Assembly (NCBI RefSeq): GCF_030684315.1
Contig: NC_081375.1
Location: 12,685,581 to 12,749,580, forward strand
Direction: 5' to 3'
Source: Stegostoma tigrinum
Lineage: Eukaryota
Length of the DNA stretch: 64,000 nt
In this document: one piece after another, positions 47,981-60,702 of the stretch
How the letters are laid out: each line of letters starts with the position of its first letter
Numbering within the stretch: position 1 is the first letter of the stretch
Notes under the pieces: model-generated
What the model saw: the letters and a program-made list of their open reading frames with translations, nothing else
Database searches by the model: none
Told to the model about the DNA's origin: nothing
Made by a program: the position numbers and the translations under genes

Positions 47981-50900
47981 TAAAAAGTCTAGAGATGAAA
48001 CAGGCACTTCGGAGACAGGACGCGTCAGAGTGGCACGAACGAAAAAGTAAAAATTGTGATAAGGTGTAAGGCAGGAAAGATTAAATGACAAAAGGGACGA
48101 TGGTGATAGAACCGTTGATTCATGAATCGTACCGTACAGAAGGAGATCAGCGAGTCTATTATGCCTACGGGATTCTCTAAAAGTGCTATCCACTTACTCT
48201 CATTTATCTTCCCTTCCCCATATGAAATTTCATTTTATTTTTCCTTTTCAACTATTTAACCATTTGCCTTTTAAAAACTAATTGCAAATCCTGCTCTCTG
48301 CACTGTGAGACATTGCATGTATGAGCTGCTCATGGGATCACCTCCATTATTTAGAGAATACATTAAACATTCTGCCTTCTGTAGCATTTTGCTCAGTGAG
48401 AAATAAAGCTTTTACCGTTTCAATGGGGAAGGAGCTCTGTGGACCGCTCTCGTTAATGATACCACATTTCGCTAAACTGTCGTGTATGATGGCTTCCGTC
48501 TGGTCTGTTTTTTTTGTAAAGCAAGTGCCTATTCACTTAGTTCTAACGGTATTAAAGCTGTATTGTGTGCTTTTGTGCAATGGGCTTGGAAGCTAGCCAG
48601 TGGCACTCTGCACCTGTTTCTGATGATGCGCCCGTCTGCGTCTAATGACTGCATTTCTTGTCTATTCTCTTTGATGTAACCCGATCCATACATTTCCATA
48701 TTGTGGGATTTGAGGATCATAAAACCACATTTGAAGCACGTGCAAATCAAAAATAACCAGAGAAGGAGGTCGCCGGAGGGAGAAAGGTCACATTTCAAAT
48801 TGCATATGCAAAATATGTACAGTAATAAGTAGATTGAAACCACAACAACGCGAGCGCTGAAAGAATGAAGTGTGGAAAATGGTCACCATTCAGCACCATG
48901 CATTAGTTGCAATCCTATTTAATTGAAATACAAGGAACAACATTTAAACTGAAGGAGAATAAACACTGTTCTCAATTGGAATCTGCTTGTCAGTTGGATT
49001 AAATTGATACAGATCTACCTACGAGACAACATTTGTGCCCTGATAAACTACAGCTCAAACTTTGCATCATTACATTGCATGTCAGCTCAGTTTCAGAAAC
49101 AATTGAATTTTATGCCTGTTGCTTGTGGTTATACCTTTATGCTGCAAATCTATAATACTTGGATAAGTATGTCACTAACCCCTTGCCAACATTTTTTGCT
49201 GATGCTAATTTAGAAAGTTAGCACAACAATGCACAGCTTAAATAATATCCAAAAGCAAAATAATTCAGGAACTTGAAATTTAAAACAAAATACTGGAAAA
49301 AATGAGCAGGTTTGGTAGCATCTGTGGGGGAATAAAAAAGCAATGTTAGCATTTCAGGTCTGAGACCTTTTATTAGAACATGATGATACCAAAATACATT
49401 CATTAACAATCAGTATCAAAACTGTGAACTATCAATTCACTTTGCAGTTGCAGGAAGTTATGCTGGCAACCTTTACTGCAAGTATTTGGCCATTATATAT
49501 GATATGCTATGATAAGCTATGATAACAAACTTAATATTGAGAGATTGGATGGCTATGTCGAGCCAAATATTTTGTATGGTTCCAGTCCGCAAGCTCAAAT
49601 AATACTAAAGTAAAAACAGAAATTAATGGAAATATTCAACACATCTGGCAGAGTCTTTCACCAGAGAAATACAATGAACTGTTCAGGACTGAACATTCCA
49701 TGAGAATTGAATAAAGCTAGAACTGCCACAGGCTTTGAGGAAGTATTCTACAGAGACAAGGAAAGGGTGGGAGGTTGGGGGGGTGGGGGGTGATCAAGGA
49801 ACGACAAAAGAGAAGGTCTGCAGTAAGGTGTAAATCAGGAAAGTTTAAATGACAGAAGGAATGATGGTGCAAGGCAAAATGGGTGACAATGGGAAAAGTA
49901 AAGTTTCCATTCCAGGGGGCAAACCTGGGCAAAATGTATGGAGATCCTGGATTGCCCAAATGTCAGGATTTCCTTCTTGACCTCCAAGGTTAAGTAGAAA
50001 GGAGTTAACTTCCCAATAACAGGCATTGACTTGGTTGCAGGAATTACTAGAAAGATGACAGATTTAGAAAACAGTCTGCCTTTTGCCTTGACTCCAGAAT
50101 TTTTGTTAGGATTTATTCCCTTAGCCTTCAACTCTGTTGATGTATCCACAAGACTGTGAAGCTATCCAGGCATATTTGGGAGTCTTGTTACTGAGTTCCA
50201 CGATGTGTCCAGACGTCATGAAGCTTGCACACGGCATATCTCAGGGCCAAACATCATCTGCATTCCTCTGAAGATATAGCTTGGGGCTGTGAGGTACCAA
50301 GTTTCCAACTGTTACCACAAGGAAACACAGCTGAGAACTTGCCAATAGAAATGCTTCTTCCTGGCAGGGAGAGACTCACAACATGTGCTGAAAATGAGAT
50401 GTAAACAGGCACACAAAAACAGAAAGCAATACTAACATGCTTCACTCCCAGACCAGATGCTTCACATCAACATCTTGGACACACAGTAGGCTTTCAAGTC
50501 CTCTTCAGAATGAATGTGTGACCACCTACATACCAGAATTGACAGGCAACTGCAACTGTTCTGCCTTGCTCACCTGAGATTCAAGACAAAAGTGCATTAA
50601 GTTATCAGCAGAGTGTTGCTCCAAGCTGTCAAGTCAACAATAATATCCCATACAGAAGAACACATTCAGTCCCAAATGGACATTTTCACATTTGTACAGA
50701 GTTTGGTTTGACCATCACTGTCAGGAAGACAAGTGTTGTGTTCTGGCATGTTACCTTAGCAAGAGGGACAATTGACAGGTGAATACTGAGGCAGCAATTT
50801 TGAAGGAAAAGTGAACATTGCCCTCAAGGGAAAGCTGTAAGGTGATTGTTTTGGAATGAAAAGAACATAGGTGGACCTATGAGAGATACACAGGGCTGAC

Positions 50901-51209
50901 TGGAATGTGGGGGTGGTGGTAAATGTTCTGAGTTTGGATAAAAATGATTGCACAGGAAAATTGTGAGTTGGTGAGTGACTGCTGTTATGGACTGAGTGTG
51001 AAGTGCTGAAATTGAGCAACTTAATTATTTTTACCAACCTGCAATTACCTGCATGATAGTTATAAAGAGATTTTAGCATCAAGAGAAGTAAGAAATTATT
51101 GATTTATCATTTATCTTTTTCCTGGGTTTATTAGATCTTAAGTAGCGAAAAGACACATTAATTTACTTAATAATTAATTAATCATACAATGTAATAATAA
51201 CAAAGATAA

Positions 51210-52922
51210 CAAGGCAGGTGGTGTGTTGCGACTGCAATATGTGGGCAAGCCTGGACATCGGTGTGATCCAAGGCAGTAAGTATTTGCACCTCAAGTAATT
51301 TCAGCTCAGAGTTTATGAGCTAGAGGCCAATCAACAGACACTGCAATAGATCAGGGAGAGAACCATCATCTGGACATTTTATCTCAGGAGGTGGTCACAC
51401 CCTTTAGGATAGAATCTTCTGAGTTGATCACGGGTCAGAGAAAGAAGGTCTGGCTATGAATTAGGCAAGCGCAGGGATCTGGTGGGCAAGAATCTAATAG
51501 CATGTCAAATGATAAGACTAGAAGCTGCAAATAATAAAATGGCCGAGCTAAAGATTCTGTATCTGAATGCATGTGGTATTTGTAACAAACGAGATGAACC
51601 AACAGTAAAAAGAGATATGAGGAAACAATACAATAGATATTACCGAGACTTGGCTACAGGGATTTTATAGACTGGGACATGAGTATCAAAGGGAATATGC
51701 AATTTAGGAAGGACAGGAAGCTCAGAAAAGGTGGGCCAGTGGACCAGTTAATCATGTTCCCAGATGAAACTAGAGGTCTGACCTAAGTTCAAGAAACCAG
51801 GATGTAAAAGTGGTTTGAAATTGACAAGGGCAGGAAGTCACTTATGGGAGTGATGTATAAATTCCATAACAGTACTCACATAGTAGGATGGAATATAAAT
51901 GAAGATATATGGGACTTCTTCAGAAACGTATGGTGATGATCATAAGGTATTTCAATCCACATATAGACTGGAAAAATCAAATGGGCAAAGATAGCCTGGA
52001 TGAGATTTTTGTGGAACGTTATCAGGACAGTTTCTTAGAATAACACCTTCTGGAGTCAACCAGAGAACAGGCTACTCTAGCCCTGGCATTGTCTAACAAG
52101 ATAGGATTAATAATGATCTCATAGTGAAGTTGTCCCCAGCTAACAGCAACCATACTGTAATTAAATTTTACATTTACTTGACGGAGACAAAAGTGAGTCC
52201 AAGAAAAATGATTTAAACTTAAAACAAGGAAATTATGAGGACATAAAACCAAAACTAGCTAAAGTGAACTGACAAATTAGGTGAAAGGATACGGTAAGAG
52301 ATGCAGTGGTCACCATTTAAGGCAATGTTTTAGATTTTCAGATGCAAAAAACTGCTAAAAATACTGAAGAGGGAAAAAATAGAGTACAAGAGATAGCTAG
52401 AAGAATCAAAGGAGGCAATAAGAGTTTCTATAGACATTGAAAAAGAAATGAGTTAACAAAGAAGCATTGAGAATGAAAGCCCTATTAAAAGTGAGTCTGA
52501 TGAATTAACAATGAGAAATAAGGAGTCAACAGATTAATTGTACATGTATTTTAGATCAGTGCCAAGGATACAAGTAACATCCCAGAAATTACTGTAAATC
52601 AGGAAATGGAAGGGAGGGATGAACTCAAGAAAATTGTAGTCACTTGGTGGTGGTACTGAGTGCATTGTCAAAATTATAGTTGACAAATGCCCATGGCCTT
52701 ATGGACTTCCTGCTGAAGTCTTGATAAAAATGGCTAGTGAGAGCTGATGCATTGATCTTAATTTCTCCAAAATTCCCTAGATTTAGAGAAGCTCCCATTA
52801 GATTGATAAACTGGGATTTTTTTCCAAAAACTGAAGGATTTAGAAAACAGGAAACTATAGGTCAGTTGGTTGTTATAAGGAAAATGTTAGAAGCTGTAAT
52901 GAAAGAGGTTATAGCAGAACAG
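51210..52922 (+). mobile_element. Decayed CR1 5' part (ORF1 zinc finger/coiled coil, ORF2 endonuclease and linker)
   Basis: QVVCCDCNMW...LRVYELEA, then LKILYLNACGICNKRDE and FRKDRK..KGG.V. Confidence 0.8.
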
Positions 52923-53310
52923 ATGAATGGCAACTGCATCCCCAAGGACCTTCTTTACGGAAAATTGGCCACTGGGCCACAATCTCCAGAGCATCTATAT
53001 ATCTCTGCTATATGAACACCTGCAAACGAAGATGTTGGATCTTGACACTGACAGCTGGCATCAGCTGCTGACGGCTGTAATCTCTGGAAGTTCACTGTTT
53101 GGAGGGGTGTTGGAAGGGCTGAGCTGGAAGTGGAAAGCCCATATGGCTGCAAAAAGGGGCCAGAGAAAACTGAAACCAACAAATCATGGTCTTTCTCAGC
53201 ACACAATTCCTCTGCAGGAAATGCAGCATGGATTGTGATGCCTGAGAACTGAGTAAAGCTTGACATGGAATTGGCAACCTCCAGGCAAAAATGCAATCTC
53301 TAGACAAGAG
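52923..53310 (+). mobile_element. RTE-clade LINE 3' fragment
   Basis: MNGNCIPKDLLYGKLATG resembles the RTE C-terminal RIPK.LLYGEL..G motif. Confidence 0.7.
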
Positions 53311-53334
53311 TGGAACCTCCAGAGTTTTGACTCA

Positions 53335-53775
53335 GTCAGCAGTCCTCTTGCTGCCAAGTCAGAAGGTTATGGGTTTAAAGTCCACTCAAATAACTGACTA
53401 GAAAACTCAAGAAAACCAGGCTGATGCTTCAGTGCTATTCCTGAATGAGTGCTGCAATGTTGGAAGTATCATGTTTTCGACAATATCAAACCAAAGACCT
53501 GTCTCATTTTACAGGATGTCAGAAAGGATCCTGTGGCACTTGTTCTTTTAAAAAAAAACCAGTGGTGTTCTCCCAGAATTCCTGGCTAATATTTATCCCT
53601 CAACCAACACCTCTAAGATAACTGGCCATCTCTCCATTTTTGGCTTAGCGCTATGTGCAATTGGCTGCTGTGTAGGCTGCATTACAACAGTTGCACATCA
53701 AGAGGACTTCATAGACTGTTGGGACACCCTGAGAATACAAAAGACACTATTTAAATAAAAGCTATTCTTTATTTA
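53335..53775 (+). mobile_element. Near full-length Deu-domain SINE (SacSINE1-like)
   Basis: agtcagaaggttatgggtt head, ggatgtc...gatcctgtggcact...cctggctaatatttatccctcaaccaacac core, and a gtgcaattggctgc...cattacaacag tail. Confidence 0.8.
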
Positions 53776-55842
53776 ATTTTTAACCCATTGTCGGCAAAAC
53801 ATACATGGATTGATGAATATTTGAGGAGCGTCTAATGCTGGCTGTGCTGTGTTGTACGACAATGATTCTTTCTGGAATATATTTTGTATATTACAGAATG
53901 TGTCATGCTCTCAGCATTTCCATTTCCATTGGGTTTCCATCTGCAAATAATTTAGACAGATTACTTTGGGATGGTTTCTTCTGCTGATGAAACAGAAGCA
54001 GAGTTCGAGGAGATAATGAGTGACAGCACTCAACTTCTTGGGTTACAACATATCCAAATCCATGGAAACATCTGTTTGAAGTTCCTAATTAATAATTCAA
54101 CATGTGAAGGCTCTTTGAATCACTTTCCAAGATTTACAGGTAGAACAATGGCTGTCTTCGTAGGTTCAGATCAAAAATATTTCTGAATGGGACTGATGTG
54201 TTAATTACCTGCACCACACAATGTAGATGCAGCCACTTTTAAGAATCAATCTGTAATATATATTCCACTTTGTGGCCATGAATCATTGTTAATTTCCTGT
54301 AACGTCAATATATTGAAACTTACAGAAGCAAAGAACTAAATGTATTTCTGAAAACAGAAGCTGAAAGCTATCCTTTCTAAAATGGTAGGATGTACTTTAT
54401 ATATGCATATGAAAATAATAAGATCTTCACAGCTTAATAAAAGACCATAAATGTCTTAGCTAACACATTGTAAACCATATTTGGGTAAGAGGAATATTGT
54501 ACCCATTTAAAAATGTCAAACATATTTATCTGGTGAATTGCTGAATCATTCTGTTTAAATCCTCCTTATAATTGGACCACTTTGATCTAATATAATGGAT
54601 CCCATTTAAGATAGACTCTGACAAGATCAAATACATGTTAAATAAACTTCCCATGAAAAAATGAGGTTGGTCTTATCAGGGCTCCACTGTGCCACTTTGA
54701 GGTTGGTTTTGTTGTAGACAGGCTCAGTCGGGTGGCTTTTGAAGTGGCTATTGTAGTCTAATAGTATTTTCCAACAGCTGTGTTTTACGTTCTTGAACCT
54801 TCTGTCTAATCCCTGATCTGACCTGCAACACATAGCTACCAGCTTTAATTTGGAATCTGCAATGCTGCAATATTACTCCTGAAATAGGACTGCTTAATGA
54901 TGTTTACTCTGGGGACGCAGCGAGCAGGCAAGACTGAAAACACTAAAGCATGCAGTGAGCTTCCCTAATTTGTCCCTTCCTCTTCTGAAGCGGTCAGAGC
55001 CTTTTATACCTGCTATTCTCCAATGACTCACATTATGGGTAATGTTTCATTTGTGAAGCTCGACATTTAACAGCTTTCTTTCCAACCACACACACTATCA
55101 CGACCCAATTAAACAATTTTCTCACCAGTTTTTACACAATGCACATCAATAAATGTCATCAGGTGTGGAAATGTTGTTGCAGAGGCCAATAGAAGCACCT
55201 CGACCATTATGCTGCCAACAAAAGTCAAGCCAGAGATCAGACAATCAAACTTTGATTCTGAGTACGACGATGATTCACCTTGAATCATTTTTCACTGGCT
55301 GTTTCCTTTCAATTTGTTTTAATTTTGTGTAAATAGAGCCCTGTTTTCAGTCTGGATCCACTTACAATGATCTGGCTCATCTGTCTATGCACAGAGTATC
55401 CTTACAGCTAGTAATGAAGCTGAATTGGGCTGTCTAGAGTGGGCGAAAGGGGCAGAGATTTTGGGGGTGGGCGTGTGAGTAAGGATTTTGGGTTGGGGTG
55501 CATTGTGGGGTTTGGCATTTGATCGGTGTGATAGAAAATTTGAAATGCTGAGTTTGGTAGCCTAGCAGCCTTGTGTGTCAAAGCGGGAGGCTGAAGACAG
55601 GTAAGAGATGTCCCATTTGAGAAAGCCAGAGGCAAACTTCCAAACTTACTTTGGCTGGTGATGTTAGTGGATGAATGAAGACATAGTTTTCTTGTCACGT
55701 CTACTTTGCTGCAAAATATGCAGTAAAATGCTGCAAAATGCTTCCACTGTCCCCGTGATCCGGCACCATTTTGAATAGTTTTAGAATAATTTAAAAAAAC
55801 AAAATGTATGGTTTAAGGAGAACACATGACCTTTCCACCAAT

Positions 55843-56155
55843 AGGGGTGGCACGGTGGCTCAGTGGCTCAGTGGTTAGCACTGCTCCCTCACAGTGCCAG
55901 GGACCTGGGTTTGATTCCACCCTCAGGCAACTGTCTGTGTGATGTTTACACATTCTCCCTGTGTCTGTGTGGGTTTGCTCCCACAGTTCAAAGATGCACA
56001 CGTTAGCTGGATTAGCCATGCTAAATTGCCCATAGTGTTCAGGGATGTGTAGATTATGGGGTGACAAGGGGAATGGGTCTCGGTGGGATGCTCTGAGGTT
56101 TGGTGTGGACTTATTTGGCGGAAGGGCCTGTTTCTACACTGTAGGGATTCTATGA
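55843..56155 (+). mobile_element. HE1-type V-SINE with a duplicated A-box (gtggctcagtggctcagtgg) and a short internal deletion
   Basis: Colinear with 30077-30390. Confidence 0.88.
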
Positions 56156-56520
56156 CAACTTTGCCTGGCCAGTGCTGGACCCAACCAACATTGAAGTTAC
56201 TGCTCTTCAGGTGCCATCTTTTGCCACTGTGCCTACCTTGCCAACATCACCTTTGCCTGCCAATGCCATTGAAGAACTGTCTTTTAATTCAGAGGTGCTT
56301 GAACTATGGTCCACATGCTACAAGCAATTGGTGGACATTTTCAGAGGAGATCATAAAATAACTGAATGGTAGTTCGACTGGGCTTAAGTGCTATCCTAGA
56401 GGGGGGAGTAAAATGCAGGTATCATAGGAATGGGTGGGCTGGCTATATCTGACCTGGAGCAAAGAAAGTACATGCAAGTGAGCTGAGAACAGTGCAGAAA
56501 AAACCAAGACCCTAAATTAT

Positions 56521-57665
56521 CAAGATAACAAAGTGTGAAGCTGGATGAACACAGCAGGCCAAGCAGCATCTCAGGAGCACAAAAGCTGATGTTTCGGGCC
56601 TAGACCCTTCATCAGAGAGCGGGATAGGGAGAGAGTTCTGGAATAAATAGGGAGAGAGGGTGAGGCAGACCAAAGATAGAGAGAAAAGAAGATAGGTGGA
56701 GAGGAGAGTATAGGTGGGGAGGTAGGGAGGGGATAGTTCAGTCCAGAGAAGACGGACAGGTCATGGAGGTGGGATGAGGTTAGTAGGTAGGAAATGGAGG
56801 TGCAGCTTGAGGTCGGAGGAAGGGATGGGTGAGAGGAAGAACAGGTTAGGGAGGCGGGGACATTCTGGACTGGTTTTGGGATGCAGGGGGGGGAGAGGAC
56901 GGGCTGGGCTGGTTTTGGGATGCAGTAGGGGAAGGGGAGATTTTGAAGCTTGTGAAGTCCACATTGATACCATTGGGCTGCAGGGTTCCCGAGCGGAATA
57001 CGAGTTGCTGTTCCTGCAACCTTCGGGTGGCATCATTGTGGCACTGCAGGAGGCCCACGATGGACGTATCGTCTAAGGAATGGGAGGGGGAGTTAACATG
57101 GTTCACGACTGGGAGGTGCAGTTGTTTGCTGCGAACTGAGCGGAGGTGTTCTGCAAAGTGGTCCCCAAGCCTCCGCTTGGTTTCCCCAATGTAGAGGAAG
57201 CCACACCGGGTACAGTGGATACAGTATACCACATTGGCAGATGTGCAGCTGAACATCTGCTTAATATGGAAAGGCATCTTGAGGCCTGGGATGGGGGTGA
57301 GGGAGGAGGTGTGGGGGCAAGTGTAGCATTTCCTGCGGTTGCAGGGGAAGGTGCCGGGTGTGGTGGGATTGGAGGGCAGTGTGGAGCAGACAAGGGAGTC
57401 ACGGAGAGAGTGGTCTCTCCGGAAGGCAGACAAGAGTGGGGATGGAAAAATGCCTTAGGTGGTGGGGTCAGATTGTAGATGGCGGAAGTGACGGAGGATG
57501 ATGCGTTGTATCCGGAGGTTGGTGGGGTGGTGTGTGAGAATGAGGGGGATCCTCTTGGGCGGTTGTGGCGGGGGCGGGGTGTGAGGGATGTGTTGCGGGA
57601 AATGCAGGAGACGCGGTCAAGGGCGTTCTTGACCACTGTGGGGGAAAAGTTGCAGTCCTTGAAAA
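56521..57665 (-). mobile_element. Young Neptune-type Penelope-like element, 5'-truncated (Cys-rich linker, GIY-YIG endonuclease, pyrimidine-rich 3' region, HHR terminal repeat)
   Basis: ORF 56846-57433 reads FPCNRRKCYTCPH...NVVYCIHCTRCGFLYIGETKRRLGDHFAEHL...QPNGINVDF. The HHR core CTGATGA-AGGGTCTAGGCCC-GAAA-CATC lies at 56615-56588. Confidence 0.93.
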
Positions 57666-57774
57666 ACGTGTTTAGTTGAACATTGTTCAAGGAACAAGAG
57701 CCCTTTAAACTATTTTTATCACTGAACACTGCAACAAGAAGCAGCCATACCCATCTCACTGACACAAGAGCCAA

Positions 57775-59735
57775 AGAAGTAGGAGCAGGATGAGACCATA
57801 CATGTATGAAGATACAAATTCGGAGCAGAAGTTGGCCATTCAGCCCCTCAAGTCTGCTGATCTACTCAGTGTGATTATATCGTATTGATCAGCTTGTAAC
57901 TTCAAATTTATATTCCTGCCTATCCCTTTCAACATCTTGCTTTCCAACAATCCATCCACTTCTGCCTTAAAGATATTCAAAGGCTCTGCCTCCAACAGAA
58001 AAGCCAGTTTGAAAGGCTGATAACCCTCTGTGAAAAAAATATTGTCCTACCTCTGTTCAATGTGTGACCCATTATTTTTAATCAGTGGCCCTTAGTTCCA
58101 GGTTGTCCCACAAAACGATACATTCTCTTCACATCTCCCCTCTCAGAATCTCTCAGATCTTTAATGTAACCATCAACTAACATCTGAATCTTCTAAACTC
58201 TACCAGATGCAAATTGAACCTGTTCAAACTTACTTCACGAGAAAATGTGCCTTTTCTAGGTATTTGTGAAGCAAACCTCTCTGACCTGTCTCCAACGCAT
58301 TTACAGCCTAAAGTGATCAAAACTGTGCATAGACTGGAATGCCCTTAATAGCTGAACCATTGCCTGCCTACTCTAGTATTCAATTCCACTTGCAATAAAT
58401 GATTACATTCTATTTGCTTTCATACTTGTTTGCTGTACTTGCATCCTAACGTTTTGTGATTCATGAACTAGGACACCCACATCTCTCTGCTTGTCAGATC
58501 TCTGATATCTTCACCGTTTACATTGTTTTCTATTCTTCCTTCCAAAATAGATAATATCACACTTTCTCGCACATCATTGCCCATTCACTTAACCTATCAA
58601 TATCTTTCTGTCAATAAAAATCTAAAGAACTGCGCAAGATGCAAATCAGAGTCAAAAGCAGAAATTGCTGGAAAAGCTCAGCAGGTCCGGATGCATCTGT
58701 GAAGAGAAACCAGAGTTAATAATTTGGGTCCGGTGACCCTTCCTCAGAGGAAGAGCACTGCTTCTTCAACAGGTGAAGTGAAGATGAAGTCAACTCACCT
58801 GACAAAGGAGCAATGCTCTGAAAACTTGTGATTGGACGTCCCAGCATTTATCCCTGTGGCATACTACTCATTAATTTATCCCTTTGGCATACTACTCATT
58901 ACATTTATCCCTGTGGCATACTACTCATTACATTTGCTCACCTGGAAAAGATAACATTGTACCTATTTTCTGCTTCCAGCCAATCTTCTATCAATGCCGA
59001 TATAATACACGCTACACCATGAACTTTTATGTTCAATTGGCACTTCAGCAAATGCCTCCTGGAGATCTAAGCATGGTACGTCAATTGTTTTGCCTTTATC
59101 CACAGCACATGTTAACTTTTCAAACAACTTTAATAAATTGTTCAAAAATGATTTCCCTTTCACAAAACCATGTTGACTCAGTCTGGTTACCTTGAACTTA
59201 TCCTAGTACCCTGTCATACTGTCTTTAATAATTGCTTATAACATTTCGCCATTGCAGATGTTAAGCTAACTGGCTTGTAGTTTCTCACTTTATATCTCCC
59301 ACTCTGAATAAATAAGTCACATTCACTATCTTCCAATCCAAAGGAATGATCTCTAAACCAAGGGAGTTTTGTAAAATCAAAACCAACTCATCATCTATCT
59401 CATGAGCTAATTCTTTTAAGACCTTAGGAAGGGGTCCACCAGAACCTGGGCACTTGTCAGCCCACAGCGTCAACTATTTACTGAGTATCACTTCTCTGGT
59501 ATTTGTAATTTTCCTTGAGTTCCTCCCTTCCATTTCTTTATATATCATGGGTTTTGGAATGTTACCATTATCCACTGATGCAAAATGTCTATTGAATTCA
59601 CCTGCCCATTTCCTTATTTTCCATTATTAATTTTATAGTCTGACTTTTGATGTGGCCAACTTTCACTTTGTTCGCTCTTTCCCTCTCCAAATGTTTGTAG
59701 AAACACTTGTTATTGGTTCTTATACTAGCCTCCAG
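57775..59735 (-). mobile_element. Decayed CR1 ORF2 with PLE-end fragments inserted at 58612-58840
   Basis: KCPGSGGPLPKVLKELA, PLDWKIVNVT, KGKSFLNNLLKLFE, LDLQEAFAEVP. Confidence 0.85.
58845..58935. repeat. Three tandem copies of a 28-29 bp unit
   Basis: atttatccct(g/t)tggcatactactcatta(c) x3. Confidence 0.9.
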
Positions 59736-59894
59736 CCTATATCATTGGAAGCCATATGGGTGACAACAACATGACTCTCTCCTTCCTACCCCAACTTCCT
59801 TTTCAGCCCACAGCAGATGTCCTGAATTCCAGCACAGAGGAGGCAGAAAACCAATTTGGACTCATGCTGTTTGTTGCAGAGAAGGCATATTCTG

Positions 59895-60702
59895 GACAAA
59901 TGCAATTAACATTCATGCCACACAACTGCCAGGCAATGACTATCTCCAGTAAGAAATAATCTAATCATCACCTTTTGACATTCAATGGTGCTACCATCGC
60001 TGAATCCCCTACTATCGACATCCTGCGGGTTGCTACTGACCAGAAACTGAAATGGTCTCGCCACATAAACACAGTGGATACCAGTGCAGGACAGAGACCA
60101 GGAATACTACACCAAGTAACTCATCTCCTGCCTTCCCAAAGCCTGTACACCATTTACAAGGTACAAGTCAAGAGTGTGATGGATGGTCCCCACTTGCCTG
60201 GATGGATGCGGTTTCAACATCACTCAAGACTTGTGACACCATCAGTCCAAAGCAGCCTGCTTGATAGGAACCACATCTACAAGCATCCGTTTCCTTCACC
60301 ACCATTGCTCAGTAGCAGCAGTGTGTACTATCTACAAGATGCACTGTAGAGATTTGCCTAAGCTCCTTAGACACCACCTTCCAAACACACAACCACTTCC
60401 ATCTAGAAGGACAAGGAGAGCAGATATATGGGAACATCACCACCTATGAGTTCCCCTCCAAGCCACTCACCAACCTAACTTGGAAATATATAACCATTCC
60501 TTCACTGCCGCTGGGTCAAATTCTGGAATTCCCTTTTTAAGGATATTTTGGGTCAACCTACAGCACATGGACATCACCTTCCTCAGCACATGGACTGCAG
60601 CAGTTCAAGAAGGCAATTCACCACCAATTCTCTAGGGCAGCTAGGTACAGGCAATAAATGCTAGCCAGCCAGCAACACTCATGTCCCATGAGTGAATAAA
60701 AG
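59895..60702 (+). mobile_element. CR1-supergroup LINE 3' fragment, probable partner of the 11985-family SINE
   Basis: TFNGATIAESPTIDIL.V..DQKLKWSRHIN...LYTIYKVQVKSVM. The tail reads ggcaataaatgctagccagccagcaacactcatgtccc. Confidence 0.8.

Noticed and set aside
56774-57774. Additional overlapping ORFs (223 aa, 110 aa, 100 aa)
   Set aside because: These are alternative or antisense frames of the GC-skewed PLE. Only a short part of the 223-aa ORF is in the PLE frame.
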